Notes: generated by a model not told the origin, from the letters alone. Shown: positions 1-9,806, counted from the first letter of the stretch. The stretch: DNA of 64,000 nucleotides from Candidatus Krumholzibacteriia bacterium (GCA_963836185.1 CAWIIQ010000003.1:416001-480000), one strand, 5' to 3'. Numbers and translations are program-made.

Positions 1-50
1 ATGAGGATGCGGCGGAAGGTTCCTATTTTTTTCACCCAGGAGGTGTGGTG

Positions 51-488
51 ATGAGTGGTGTGAACAAGGTCATACTCATCGGCAATCTCGGAGCGGACCC
101 AGAGGTCCGTTCTACGGGCGGCGGAACGCCCGTGGCAAACTTTCGTCTCGCTACAAGCGAAACCTACAAGACCCGCGAGGGTCAGCGTGAGACACGGACC
201 GAATGGCACCGTGTCGTCACATTCGGCAAGCTCGCCGAGATCTGCGGCCAGTACCTGAAGAAGGGAAAGCAGGTCTACATCGAGGGCCGGATCCAGACGC
301 GGGAATGGGAGGACCAGACGGGCAACAAGCGGTGGACGACCGAGATCGTCGCGAACCAGATGACGATGCTCGGCCGCGCCGGTGACAGCGGCGGGTACTC
401 TCCCGAGGGTTCGCAGGAGACCCAGTACGCCGACGGCGGCTCCCAGGCTCCCGCGGCTACTGACGATGACGACGATCTGCCGTTCTGA
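51..488 (+). CDS. ssb: Single-stranded DNA-binding protein
   Basis: [22 protein letters not shown] and [12 protein letters not shown]-fold motifs; acidic DDDLPF tail; AGGAGG at 38-43 favours the ATG at 51. Confidence 0.98.
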   Translation: MSGVNKVILIGNLGADPEVRSTGGGTPVANFRLATSETYKTREGQRETRTEWHRVVTFGKLAEICGQYLKKGKQVYIEGRIQTREWEDQTGNKRWTTEIVANQMTMLGRAGDSGGYSPEGSQETQYADGGSQAPAATDDDDDLPF

Positions 489-520
489 TCAGGCAGGCCT
501 GAAAAGCGTCTGAAATGACT

Positions 521-558
521 CGAGGGAAGCAGGCTTCAGCTCTGCTTCCCTCGTTTTT
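521..558 (+). terminator. Rho-independent terminator after ssb
   Basis: 12-bp stem CGAGGGAAGCAG (521-532) / CTGCTTCCCTCG (542-553) followed by TTTTT. Confidence 0.9.
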
Positions 559-561
559 ACC

Positions 562-590
562 TTGCATTCATCCGCCGGGCTGTTTACATT
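562..590 (+). promoter_or_regulatory. Sigma70-type promoter of tRNA-Lys
   Basis: TTGCAT-N17-TACATT about 30 nt upstream of the tRNA. Confidence 0.6.
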
Positions 591-622
591 ATTGGCCTGC
601 AAAAAGATACGGTTTCTTGGGT

Positions 623-698
<76 letters not shown>

Positions 699-918
699 CT
701 TGATTCCCGCAATAACAGCCCATCACATCTAACAAAGAAATATTCTTGACTCACTCTGTAACACTATGTCAATATTTTGTCAGCGGGACAGCGCTCCTGT
801 ATTTATCATCTATTGAGGCAACCGCCGCGCCAGCAGGCGATCGCAGCTGTAGCTGTACGTCAGGCAGGAAGAGAAATCGACCCAGGGCAGGGTATAACCC
901 AGTAATGAGGAGGGCAGG

Positions 919-2544
919 ATGAAAAAGTACTATAAATTGTTGACGGCGCTTATGCTCTGCTGTGCGGCGGTCACGACCGCAGCCGCACAGGAGTACGATC
1001 TGGTCATCAACAACGGCCGGGTCATGGACCCGGAAACGAAGTACGACGCAGTAGCCAACGTTGGTATCAAAGACGGCCGGATTGCCATCATCACTAAAGA
1101 CAAGATCAAAGGTAAGGAGACCATCGACGCCAAGGGGCTGGTGGTGGCGCCGGGATTTATCGATGGGCACCAACATTGTATTGAGCCCTATCAATACCGG
1201 TTGATGCTACGCGACGGTCGTACGACGCTTCTGGACACAGAGATCGGCGCTCACGGTCCAAAGCTCGACGAGTGGTACAAACGACGAGAAGGAAAAGCAC
1301 CGGTGAATTACGGTGTGGCGGTGGCTCACGAATTTGCGCGGGCGGAGGTCTTGGACGGCTTTACCGATTGGAAATATCTCTACACTCCCGATGCTGGCCA
1401 ATCCCGTCTCACAAAGGAGGGTTGGTCAAAGACCCGGCCGACCCTGGAGCAGGGAAACCAGATCCTTTCCCTGATTGACGAAGGCTTACAGCAGGGAGGA
1501 CTTGGCATTGGCTCTACCGTTGGCTACATGCGTGAAGGGGTCTCGACTCGCGAGATATTCGAACTGCAAAAGCTGGGAGGGCTATACGGCCGTTTTATCG
1601 CCATGCATTTCCGCTATACGCCCGGTGATGATATCACCGAAGTCAACGGTATCCAGGAGATGCTCGCAAATGCGGCGGCATTAGGGACGCCGGCCATCGC
1701 CTCCCATTTCAATAATCCGGGATACAATATGGTGCATGAGCTTTTGGTGAGGATGCGTGAGAAAGGCTATAACGTCTGGGGTGAGATCTATCCATACGCC
1801 GCAGGTTCTACGGCTTTGAATGCCGTTTTTCTCGAACCCGAAGTCTGGGTAAAGGCCCTGGGCAACAAATACGAAGAGACGATTCAAGATGTTGCCACCG
1901 GCGAATTCTACACCCAGGAATCGCGTGAGGAGATGCTCAAAAAGGAACCCACGCGTCTCGTGCTTGTCTACAAGATCCCGGAATCGGCTATTGTTGATTG
2001 GCTCAAAATGCCCGGCGTGGCCATTGGCAGTGACGGCATGCCGATGATCCCCGACGACAACCTGACCTGGGACACTCCCTTCGAAGATCTGCCCAATACC
2101 CACCCGCGGACTACCGGGTCTTTTGGCACAGTGCTTCGCCTTGCCAGGGAAAACAATATTCCGCTGATGCAGGCCGTATCCATGACCAGTTACAATTATG
2201 CGAAGCCTCTGGGTGAAATGGGCCTCAAGGCCATGCAGGAACGCGGCCGGATGCAGGAAGGCATGGTCGCTGATATCACCATATTCGATCCTGAAACGGT
2301 ACGGGATAATTCGACCTATGCAAAAGGGACGCTGCCGTCCACAGGGATTTTGCATGTGATTGTTAACGGGACCCTTGTCATGAAAGACCAGAAGCCTTTG
2401 AAAGGAGTGAATCCGGGTCAGCCGATCCGCTTCGAGCGGGTCGAGAGCAAGTTCGAACCGCTCACCATAGAGAGCTGGACCCAGACCTACTATGCCTCCC
2501 CGATCGATTTCGGCGGTGGGGTTCCTTGTTGTGACTTTCATTGA
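919..2544 (+). CDS. Exported metal-dependent amidohydrolase (N-acyl-D-amino acid / D-glutamate deacylase-like)
   Basis: Signal peptide; DLVINNGRVMDPE, VAPGFIDGHQH (HxH), IGSDG, HPR, RGRMQEGMVADITIFDP. Confidence 0.85.
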   Translation: MKKYYKLLTALMLCCAAVTTAAAQEYDLVINNGRVMDPETKYDAVANVGIKDGRIAIITKDKIKGKETIDAKGLVVAPGFIDGHQHCIEPYQYRLMLRDGRTTLLDTEIGAHGPKLDEWYKRREGKAPVNYGVAVAHEFARAEVLDGFTDWKYLYTPDAGQSRLTKEGWSKTRPTLEQGNQILSLIDEGLQQGGLGIGSTVGYMREGVSTREIFELQKLGGLYGRFIAMHFRYTPGDDITEVNGIQEMLANAAALGTPAIASHFNNPGYNMVHELLVRMREKGYNVWGEIYPYAAGSTALNAVFLEPEVWVKALGNKYEETIQDVATGEFYTQESREEMLKKEPTRLVLVYKIPESAIVDWLKMPGVAIGSDGMPMIPDDNLTWDTPFEDLPNTHPRTTGSFGTVLRLARENNIPLMQAVSMTSYNYAKPLGEMGLKAMQERGRMQEGMVADITIFDPETVRDNSTYAKGTLPSTGILHVIVNGTLVMKDQKPLKGVNPGQPIRFERVESKFEPLTIESWTQTYYASPIDFGGGVPCCDFH

Positions 2545-2554
2545 TGAGCATGTA

Positions 2555-2781
2555 TTTTAATGTGAATACGCCACCGGCTAAAACTGGCGGGTTTAGATTA
2601 CGGCTAAAAGCTGATTGTTTCCCTCTCCCAAAACTGGGAGAGGGCTGGGGTGAGGGTTCATGAAACAAGCTCAATACTAACCCCCTCATCCCTACCTTCT
2701 CCCATCAAGGGGAGAAGGAGTAAAAGAAAATATGCCGCCTAAAGGCGTGGGATTTCAAATCCCCTATTTAAGACATTAAAA
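2555..2781. mobile_element. Non-autonomous MITE-like element with IS200/IS605-type terminal hairpins and an internal REP-like pair
   Basis: 9-bp inverted ends TTTTAATGT (2555-2563) / ACATTAAAA (2773-2781); subterminal hairpins CCACCGGCTAAAACTGGCGG and CGCCTAAAGGCG; no ORF. Confidence 0.55.
2621..2718. repeat. Pair of REP-like palindromes in inverted arrangement
   Basis: CCCTCTCCCA-AAAC-TGGGAGAGGG (2621-2644) and CCTTCTCCC-ATCAAG-GGGAGAAGG (2695-2718), with complementary GGGGTGAGGG / CCCTCATCCC arms between them. Confidence 0.8.
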
Positions 2782-2808
2782 ATAAACGAGGACAAGGGAG
2801 ACTTAATT

Positions 2809-4272
2809 ATGAAAGACTCAGAGCTTAATTCTTCTACAACGGACCAAAACAAGAACACCGATGCAGTAACGGATGGAGTAACGAGTGAAGTGGTAGATGT
2901 GGGCCGCAGAAAATTCATGGCGACAAGCGCATTGTTGGGTGCAGCAGGCACAATCGGTTTAGGGCTTAATTCAACAGCGGTGCAGGCAGAAAGCGGCGGC
3001 TTGAATAAGGGTTGCATGTCTGGCTTTAAACCTCTTGAGGTCGACAGCCCGATGGCTAGGTGGAAAAAGCCTCAGTCAGTTGAGTTTGTCGAGAAGGCGA
3101 CTAAAAACTACAGTTTCCCAAACTGGCAGTCGGGCAACGATGACTCGATCTATTACAACATGAACCTGCCTGAGTTCTTTAAGTGTTCCTACATCGCGCC
3201 GCCGGACGGCTTCTCGCAGCTTGAACGGGCTATTAATTCGGGGCTTTTGGATCTCACTTTTACTGCCCGTGACCGTAAGACCACGCCGCCGCTAAAGGAA
3301 TATCTTGTCGGTAAGCGTCAAGTTCAGGCCATGTTGATGGCTCACAAGGGCAAGGTTGTGTTCGAGACTTATCCTGGCATGAATCCCACTGGTATTCACG
3401 TGTGGATGTCCGCCTCCAAAACAACAGTAGGCTTGCTGATCTCCATGCTAGCCGATGAAGGCAAGATCGATTTAAACAAACCTATTCCAACCTTCGTGCC
3501 TGAACTCAGAGGTTCCTCATGGGAGCAAGCTACGGTAGCGAATGTTATGAATATGGCATCGGGGCTCGATATCGAAGAGACCATCGCTAACTTGCTAAAC
3601 CCCGAGTCGTGGATTGCCAAGTGGTTCACCGCCGCATTCGAAAATAAGGGCGATTTTCGTGAGATTGCCAAAAACGCGAAGCCGCTGGCAAATGAGCCTG
3701 CTGGCTCACATTTCAGATACTCTGGCGCGAATACACAAGCATTAGTATTGGCAACGGAATTTGTTACGGGCATACGGTGGCAGGAGTACTTCAACCAAAA
3801 GGTGTGGTCAAAGATCGGTGCTAAGGGCCCATTTATTACTGGCCTCGCACCGGATGGAACACCGCTGGGAGCAGGTCTGCACAACTCCACTCCCGAAGAT
3901 TTTCTGCGGTATGCAATGATCTATACCCCAAGCTGGGATCGGGTGGCAAAGGAGCAGATCATTTCTGCCAAACTTCTTAAAAGTATTCAGTCGCTTGGTA
4001 ATCCTGCAGCCTATAAGAACTCCACTGAAGAGGGGTATGGCACCGACTGGTTTGGAGAAACCCCAGAGCGAAACACCGCGCAATGGGACCATGCCTTTCC
4101 TGACGGAGCCATGTTTAAACATGGCAACATGGGACAAGGTATTTATGTTGATCCAAAGCGCGATTTCTGCGGCGTTTATTTTGGGCTGGCACCGAACCCA
4201 GACGAGATATCGGGCATCGATCACTCGCCTGGTTATCTTCGTGCTGCTGCGAAACGACTTGCCGGTAAGTAA
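2809..4272 (+). CDS. Tat-exported serine hydrolase, beta-lactamase class C / NylB-like fold
   Basis: GRRKFM twin-arginine signal; WMSASK (SxxK), FRYSG, HGNMGQ motifs. Confidence 0.85.
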   Translation: MKDSELNSSTTDQNKNTDAVTDGVTSEVVDVGRRKFMATSALLGAAGTIGLGLNSTAVQAESGGLNKGCMSGFKPLEVDSPMARWKKPQSVEFVEKATKNYSFPNWQSGNDDSIYYNMNLPEFFKCSYIAPPDGFSQLERAINSGLLDLTFTARDRKTTPPLKEYLVGKRQVQAMLMAHKGKVVFETYPGMNPTGIHVWMSASKTTVGLLISMLADEGKIDLNKPIPTFVPELRGSSWEQATVANVMNMASGLDIEETIANLLNPESWIAKWFTAAFENKGDFREIAKNAKPLANEPAGSHFRYSGANTQALVLATEFVTGIRWQEYFNQKVWSKIGAKGPFITGLAPDGTPLGAGLHNSTPEDFLRYAMIYTPSWDRVAKEQIISAKLLKSIQSLGNPAAYKNSTEEGYGTDWFGETPERNTAQWDHAFPDGAMFKHGNMGQGIYVDPKRDFCGVYFGLAPNPDEISGIDHSPGYLRAAAKRLAGK

Positions 4273-4335
4273 CTGATGAAAAGGATAGTCAGGCACTCAA
4301 ATATGATAGACGCAATTATTCAAAGGAGAAGACCC

Positions 4336-5334
4336 ATGAAACGAAACATAGCACTATTTTTCATTGCAATGGTCTCGTTATTTGTTGCAGTTCAACCTGC
4401 ACTTGCTCAGGAATATAATGTTCAAGATATTTCTCAAAAGATTGAGAAACTTTCGGAGGGGCTGGTTGGCCGCATTGGTGTGGCAGCACAGGAAATTGGC
4501 TCGGGAGTAAATATCACCATAAACGGAGATGAATCGTTTGTGATGGCGAGCACCTATAAAGTGGCGATTGCAGTCGCCTTATTAGACCGTGTCGATAAAG
4601 GCGAGCTTCAACTTACTGATTTAATTGATGTACCATTAGAAGAGATGGTGGTAGGTCCCAATCCGATCGCCATGAACTTTGTGCATCCAGGTGTAAAGTT
4701 GTCTATAGCCAATTTGATTGAACCTATGATAACGGAAAGCGACAATACCGCAACGGATGTCTGCCTAAAAGTAGTGGGAGGTCCGGAAGTGGTAAATAAA
4801 ATGTTGCGCAGCATTGGGATAAAAGACCTAAGAGTTGACCGGTCTACTGCCGAAATTTTAAGAGACTTTTATGGTTTAACTGATAAAGCCTACGTATCCG
4901 TAGCTGCAGCGGCCTATGCCAAAGACCCAACGCTTGCAGCAAGACAATCTGATCGAAACCTTGATTTCGAAAAGGACCCTCGTGACCACTCCACACCAAA
5001 AGCTATGTTGGAATTACTTCTGGCTGTCGATAGCGGAAAAATTTTAAGTGAGAAAAGCCGCGAATTCCTGCTTGCTACAATGTCGCGCACACGTACAGGT
5101 GGCGGAAGGTTAAAAGGACTTCTGCCAAAAGGTACACCGGTTGGTCACAAAACAGGAACTATTGGCGGTGTGGCTAATGATGTGGGTTACGTTACGCTGC
5201 CGGATGGCCGACGTTTTGCGATTGTGGTATTCACAAAAAGCAGTACGACCTCTGAAGCTGATCGGGATAGAGCCATTGCCGAAGTTACCCGAGCTTTATA
5301 CGACTTTTATTATTTAACGGCACAAGACAAATAA
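4336..5334 (+). CDS. Class A beta-lactamase-like protein with an atypical omega loop
   Basis: Signal peptide; MASTYK, SDN and KTGT motifs; AAGGAG RBS supports the start at 4336. Confidence 0.88.
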   Translation: MKRNIALFFIAMVSLFVAVQPALAQEYNVQDISQKIEKLSEGLVGRIGVAAQEIGSGVNITINGDESFVMASTYKVAIAVALLDRVDKGELQLTDLIDVPLEEMVVGPNPIAMNFVHPGVKLSIANLIEPMITESDNTATDVCLKVVGGPEVVNKMLRSIGIKDLRVDRSTAEILRDFYGLTDKAYVSVAAAAYAKDPTLAARQSDRNLDFEKDPRDHSTPKAMLELLLAVDSGKILSEKSREFLLATMSRTRTGGGRLKGLLPKGTPVGHKTGTIGGVANDVGYVTLPDGRRFAIVVFTKSSTTSEADRDRAIAEVTRALYDFYYLTAQDK

Positions 5335-5393
5335 CCTTTGTCATGCCTAAAAAGCTTTGATTGATAAATGTTCTTTTATACCTGAAAGTAGAA

Positions 5394-6782
5394 ATGAAAA
5401 ATAGACCATTATGTCTATTTTGCTTCCTGGTGGTTTGTTTATTGGCAACAACTATCCACGCACAGGAAGTAGATTCATTAAAAAATGAAATCGAGCATCT
5501 TAAACAAAAACTGAATAAAATTGATGAGTTGGAATTGCGCTTAGCAGAACTTGAGGGGGACAGTGTTGCAGTTCAACAAAATCTTTCACCGAAATTTGCT
5601 GCAGATAGCACAAAAAAAGGACTTGAGCAAATTCCAAAGCAGGATTTACGTGATCAGAATATTGTGCCGCTTTCAGGCAGTGATCTTGTTGCCTCCGAGT
5701 TTCTAGGCTCATGGCCTATGTTCGGCACAATTTTTAGAATGAAAATCGGTGGTAAAGTCAAAACCGATTTTCTTTATGATATACATGGAAGTAATGATCG
5801 GACTCAATTTTTATTGTCGACTATACCAGTAGAAGGAACATTGGAATACGGAAATAGCGGGTATTTCAATGCTTTTGCACGGGAAACCAGGTTTAATATT
5901 GATATGCGAAGGGTGATTCCAGATGCTGTCCCTTTAAGAATTTTTATAGAAGGTGATTTCTGGACTTCAGGTAGTCAATTCAGACTACGCCATGCTTATA
6001 TCACCGTGGGTAATTTTACTATCGGACAAACCTGGACTACCATTTCTTTTCTTGAAACAATAACAATTTACATTGATTTTGCTGCAGGTGATGCCTTGTA
6101 TGGTGGGCGGACTGCTCAAATACGTTATGATCATAGTATAAATGATAATTGGAAATTCGCAGTCGGTTTAGAAATGCTCGACTATATGGGAATCGAAAAC
6201 ACTTACAGGCTGGATGGAGAAGCCAGTTTGGGATTACCTCTTTTGGCAGGGCGAATGGGCTATAACTGGTCCACCGGATTAGCACTGCTTGGAGCTCAGG
6301 TTGCTCAATTACGATGGGATGGTGGGGGTACCGGTCCTTATGACACAGCATTACAGGCATCTGTTGTTTTTGGTGGACGACAATACATTGGGAAAAATGA
6401 CTTCTTGACCTGGAATATCTCTTACGGTAAGGGATCAGGTGAAAACATTATGGCTTTTGCAGGTAGTCAGGCTAATGCGGTATTAAACAATCAGGGCAAT
6501 CTGGAAACTATGCCCGCATTATCATTTGTCGTTGGTTATATGCATCGATGGAATGATCAATATTCTTCAAATCTTGGTTATGCTTATGGATGGTTGGAAA
6601 CGCCGGAATCCAGGGATCCGTGGGCACTGGCACAGGGCGGAATAGGCCATGTCAATCTTTTCTATAGGCTCTCTAATGAATTGTCTACAGGTATAGAATA
6701 TATGTGGGGTACACAGAAGACAACAAATGATGCTTTGGGAAGAGCGAGCAGGGTTCAGTGTATGGTTGCATTTGAATTTTGA
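5394..6782 (+). CDS. DcaP-family outer-membrane porin
   Basis: Signal peptide, N-terminal coiled coil, FIEGDF, FRLRHAY, GQTWT, terminal aromatic FEF. Confidence 0.8.
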   Translation: MKNRPLCLFCFLVVCLLATTIHAQEVDSLKNEIEHLKQKLNKIDELELRLAELEGDSVAVQQNLSPKFAADSTKKGLEQIPKQDLRDQNIVPLSGSDLVASEFLGSWPMFGTIFRMKIGGKVKTDFLYDIHGSNDRTQFLLSTIPVEGTLEYGNSGYFNAFARETRFNIDMRRVIPDAVPLRIFIEGDFWTSGSQFRLRHAYITVGNFTIGQTWTTISFLETITIYIDFAAGDALYGGRTAQIRYDHSINDNWKFAVGLEMLDYMGIENTYRLDGEASLGLPLLAGRMGYNWSTGLALLGAQVAQLRWDGGGTGPYDTALQASVVFGGRQYIGKNDFLTWNISYGKGSGENIMAFAGSQANAVLNNQGNLETMPALSFVVGYMHRWNDQYSSNLGYAYGWLETPESRDPWALAQGGIGHVNLFYRLSNELSTGIEYMWGTQKTTNDALGRASRVQCMVAFEF

Positions 6783-6798
6783 AATAATGAGTATCTAA

Positions 6799-7530
6799 AT
6801 GAAATCAAAATATATTGCTCCGATAATTTTATTATTTCTACTATCAGGCTCGGGTCTAGCTCAGCAATTCAACACCGATAATTACCTGGCTATGCCGCAC
6901 GGAACCACTACATTTGTTTTGACCACAGGAGAACGAAACGCGACATTTATCAACTCATTCGCTTTAATTCAGAATTGGGAGTTTTTTGCCCAGGCAAACC
7001 TATATTGGGAAAATAGAGAACTGGAGCTTTCGCAGCACTTTACAACAACTGTTTACTTTAAATATATGTTTTACGAAAATTCAGATAAAACAGGTGGATT
7101 TGCTGCATTCTTGGGTTATGGGGAATCACCAGGATATCACGATCAAACACAATTCCTTGATCGTCATACAAACTTATGGACTGCAGTCCCAATAACAATT
7201 CCTTTTTTTGAAAACACGTTCTCATGGGACATTATGCTCGGAGGTATGGTTGATTTTGATTATGGTAATAATAAAAAGACAGCTTGGGGATTTACATATA
7301 CTACCAGACTAGCAATTTATAAGGTAATCCCACAGAGTGCCATTGTAGGTGAGTACTATGGCACTGCTGGTGAGCTTTATTCAGAGCCGGAATATAAGAT
7401 CGGTATTCGCTGGGAACCAAATAATACTGTTGTTCCCGCGATTAGTTATGGTTCAGCAATTAATGGAATGCGGGCAGCCGGTTTTGAGATTGGTATAGTG
7501 ATATATTCACCTCAATTTTTAAAATTATAA
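6799..7530 (+). CDS. Exported hypothetical protein, probable small beta-barrel
   Basis: Signal peptide, aromatic/Gly-rich alternating strands, co-oriented 16 bp after the porin. Confidence 0.6.
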   Translation: MKSKYIAPIILLFLLSGSGLAQQFNTDNYLAMPHGTTTFVLTTGERNATFINSFALIQNWEFFAQANLYWENRELELSQHFTTTVYFKYMFYENSDKTGGFAAFLGYGESPGYHDQTQFLDRHTNLWTAVPITIPFFENTFSWDIMLGGMVDFDYGNNKKTAWGFTYTTRLAIYKVIPQSAIVGEYYGTAGELYSEPEYKIGIRWEPNNTVVPAISYGSAINGMRAAGFEIGIVIYSPQFLKL

Positions 7531-7596
7531 TTTGAAAGAAGGATTTTACTTATCACTGATTAACCATTTATTAATAAACGGAGGGCAAATAAAACG

Positions 7597-8020
7597 TGTA
7601 CAGTGATAGTATTGACCTGACACCTGTCTCTGCCCGGGTGTCTGTTTAGGCCGCGTTCACCTCCTTCTTCTTCCCATCTTTTGATTTTTTCTTCAAGCCT
7701 TTTATAAAGGCTTTTTCCGGAGTGCTTCCTAGCATTCCGCGTCCCTGATGAGGACGCTTTGTGTTGTGGTGATCAAGTTCTCCGGTGTAGTGGGTCTCGA
7801 TGTGCCGATCTCTAAACTCGGGACTGAACCGCTCGAGAAGCCGTATCTGATCGTCGCTGAGCTTTATCTTACGTTTTCTCGTGTGTTCCTCGAGCCGAAG
7901 CAGCCTCTGATGACGGAGCAACAGGTTGTGGCGGTTCCAGACACCCCTGACGCCTCCAGAGCTTACCTGCACGCCTCGAAGTGCCAGCTCCTGGGCCACA
8001 CGAAGTCATCCATGGGAGGG
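7597..8020 (-). pseudogene. IS481-family transposase relic with its right end
   Basis: PSHG*LRVAQELALRGVQVSSGGVRGVW...RHIET joined directly to HNTKRPHQG, so the DDE core is deleted; end sequence TGTCAGGTCAATACTATCACTGTACA on the minus strand. Confidence 0.8.
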
Positions 8021-8165
8021 GCTCTTGCCCCCGGTATTTGGACAACCGCTACTCGCATTTATGCTAGACTTTCGGGGTCTACTATAGTGCAAGTATTGTA
8101 AGGCGGGCGGGAGAGACCGACATCGGTGCGTGGCGACATTTCGGGTCCGGAGTCCACAAAAACAC

Positions 8166-8216
8166 TTGACATAATAGGCTATTAATGTATAGTATGTCCA
8201 CGAAACATGGACATAC
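8166..8216 (+). promoter_or_regulatory. abiE promoter with inverted-repeat operator
   Basis: TTGACA-N16-TATAGT; perfect IR GTATGTCCA-N7-TGGACATAC (8192-8216); imperfect IR at 8169-8188. Confidence 0.7.
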
Positions 8217-8226
8217 ATGCTAATGT

Positions 8227-8895
8227 ATGGTGGAGCAGAAGATGGAAGAGATCACTCGCATACGCCGGGAAATATCCCTGGAGGTCTTTGACTACCAGGT
8301 TCTCACCGATGCCCTGTCTGGTTACAGCAAGCCGCGCGACAAGATCACAAGGTTGCTTGCGGGCGGCGCCATCGTCCGGATCAAGAAGGGATTGTATTGT
8401 TTCGGTGAGGGCTTGCGAAGGGAACATGTCAGCCGGGAGCAGGCCGCCAACCTGATCTACGGCCCTTCCTATATCAGCCTGGACTATGCTCTCAGTTACC
8501 ATGGCCTGATTCCGGAACGGGTCGAGGTCATTACTTCTGTAACGACGCAGCGTTCTCGCAACTTTGAGACACCTCTCGGTTCATTCTCTTACCGCATGCT
8601 GAAGGAAGCCAGGTATGCAACCGGTGCAATCCTTGAGGCGACAGACAAGACTACGTTTCTGATCGCTACTCCCGAGAAGGCACTCGTGGACAAGGTCTGG
8701 ACAGACAGACGGTTCGGCGGCAACCGCATCTCTGACTTCGGAGCTTATCTGCTGGATGATCTTCGGATCGATGAGGGGGCCCTGAGCCGGCTCGTCGAGT
8801 CCCGTCTTGATTCGATTGCCCTCGCCTATGATTCAGCTAAGATCAACAGACTGGTACGCTACCTGAGACACTTGGGAAGGGGTTCTGATGCATGA
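8227..8895 (+). CDS. abiEi: Type IV toxin-antitoxin antitoxin, AbiEi family
   Basis: IVRIKKGLY wHTH, PSYISLDYALSYHGLIPE, IATPEKALVD. Confidence 0.9.
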   Translation: MVEQKMEEITRIRREISLEVFDYQVLTDALSGYSKPRDKITRLLAGGAIVRIKKGLYCFGEGLRREHVSREQAANLIYGPSYISLDYALSYHGLIPERVEVITSVTTQRSRNFETPLGSFSYRMLKEARYATGAILEATDKTTFLIATPEKALVDKVWTDRRFGGNRISDFGAYLLDDLRIDEGALSRLVESRLDSIALAYDSAKINRLVRYLRHLGRGSDA

Positions 8896-9753
8896 GGCTG
8901 TCAGCAACATGCTGGAACGCTACGAGTGTCGCACCCGGGATGATTACGCCAATGCGCTCAGGGAAATCCTGCAGGATGTTGCTCTGCTTGGCCTCTGGCG
9001 CAGCAAGTTTTTCGAACATGCGGCCTTCTATGGTGGCACGGCTCTCAGGCTTCTCTACGGATTGGACGATACTCGGAAGATCTGGATTTTTCGCTTCTTA
9101 AGACTGACGACGATTTTTCACTCGGGAATTACGGTGAAGCGCTATGCCGGGAAATCAGCAGTTTCGGATTCGACGTGGATTTCGAGGACCGGAAGAAGGT
9201 GCGGACGAGCGCTATCGAATCGGCATTTCTCAAGGCAAACACTCTCAAGGAATTGATCGTGATCGGGGTCACCGGGGAACTTCTACTCGATCTTCACCCT
9301 GCGAAGAGCCTCAAGATCAGGCTGGAAGTCGATACCGATCCGCCAGGCGACTTTGAAACAGAAACGAGATATGTTTTACTGCCTGTACCCTTTCCCATCC
9401 GCACTTACAGGCTGCCGGATCTCTTCGCCGGCAACCTGCATGCAATCCTGTGTCGCAGGTGGAAGACTCGTGTAAAGGGCCGGGACTGGTATGATCTGGT
9501 CTGGTATATCGCCCACCATCCGAAGGTCAGACTGGCTCACCTCGAATCCAGGATGAGGCAATCCGGCGACCACACCGACGATGAATCGCTCACGCCCGAA
9601 ATCCTGCAGGCGCTCCTGCGCCGAGCCGTGGATGGTCTGGATGTCGAGAAGGCGCGACAGGAAGTCGTACCTTTCACCAGAGATCAACGAGCGCTTGAAA
9701 TCTGGTCTCATGAGTTCTTCGCAGAAATAATTACACGCATTGTGACGATATGA
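8888..9753 (+). pseudogene. abiEii: AbiEii nucleotidyltransferase toxin, frameshifted
   Basis: FYGGTALR..GLD continues as (R)YSEDLDFS in another frame after a 1-nt loss near 9068; C-terminal KGRDWYD. Confidence 0.85.
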
Positions 9754-9806
9754 CCGGTAGAGATGCATGTTGCGGGTGTTCGGAAAAGTGGGATTGTGCC
9801 TTCTGT

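Noticed and set aside
780-918. Riboswitch in the amidohydrolase leader
   Set aside because: No recognisable aptamer consensus or convincing stem set.
8006-8008. In-frame TGA in the IS481 relic as recoding
   Set aside because: The element is also truncated and lacks its catalytic core, so simple decay explains it.
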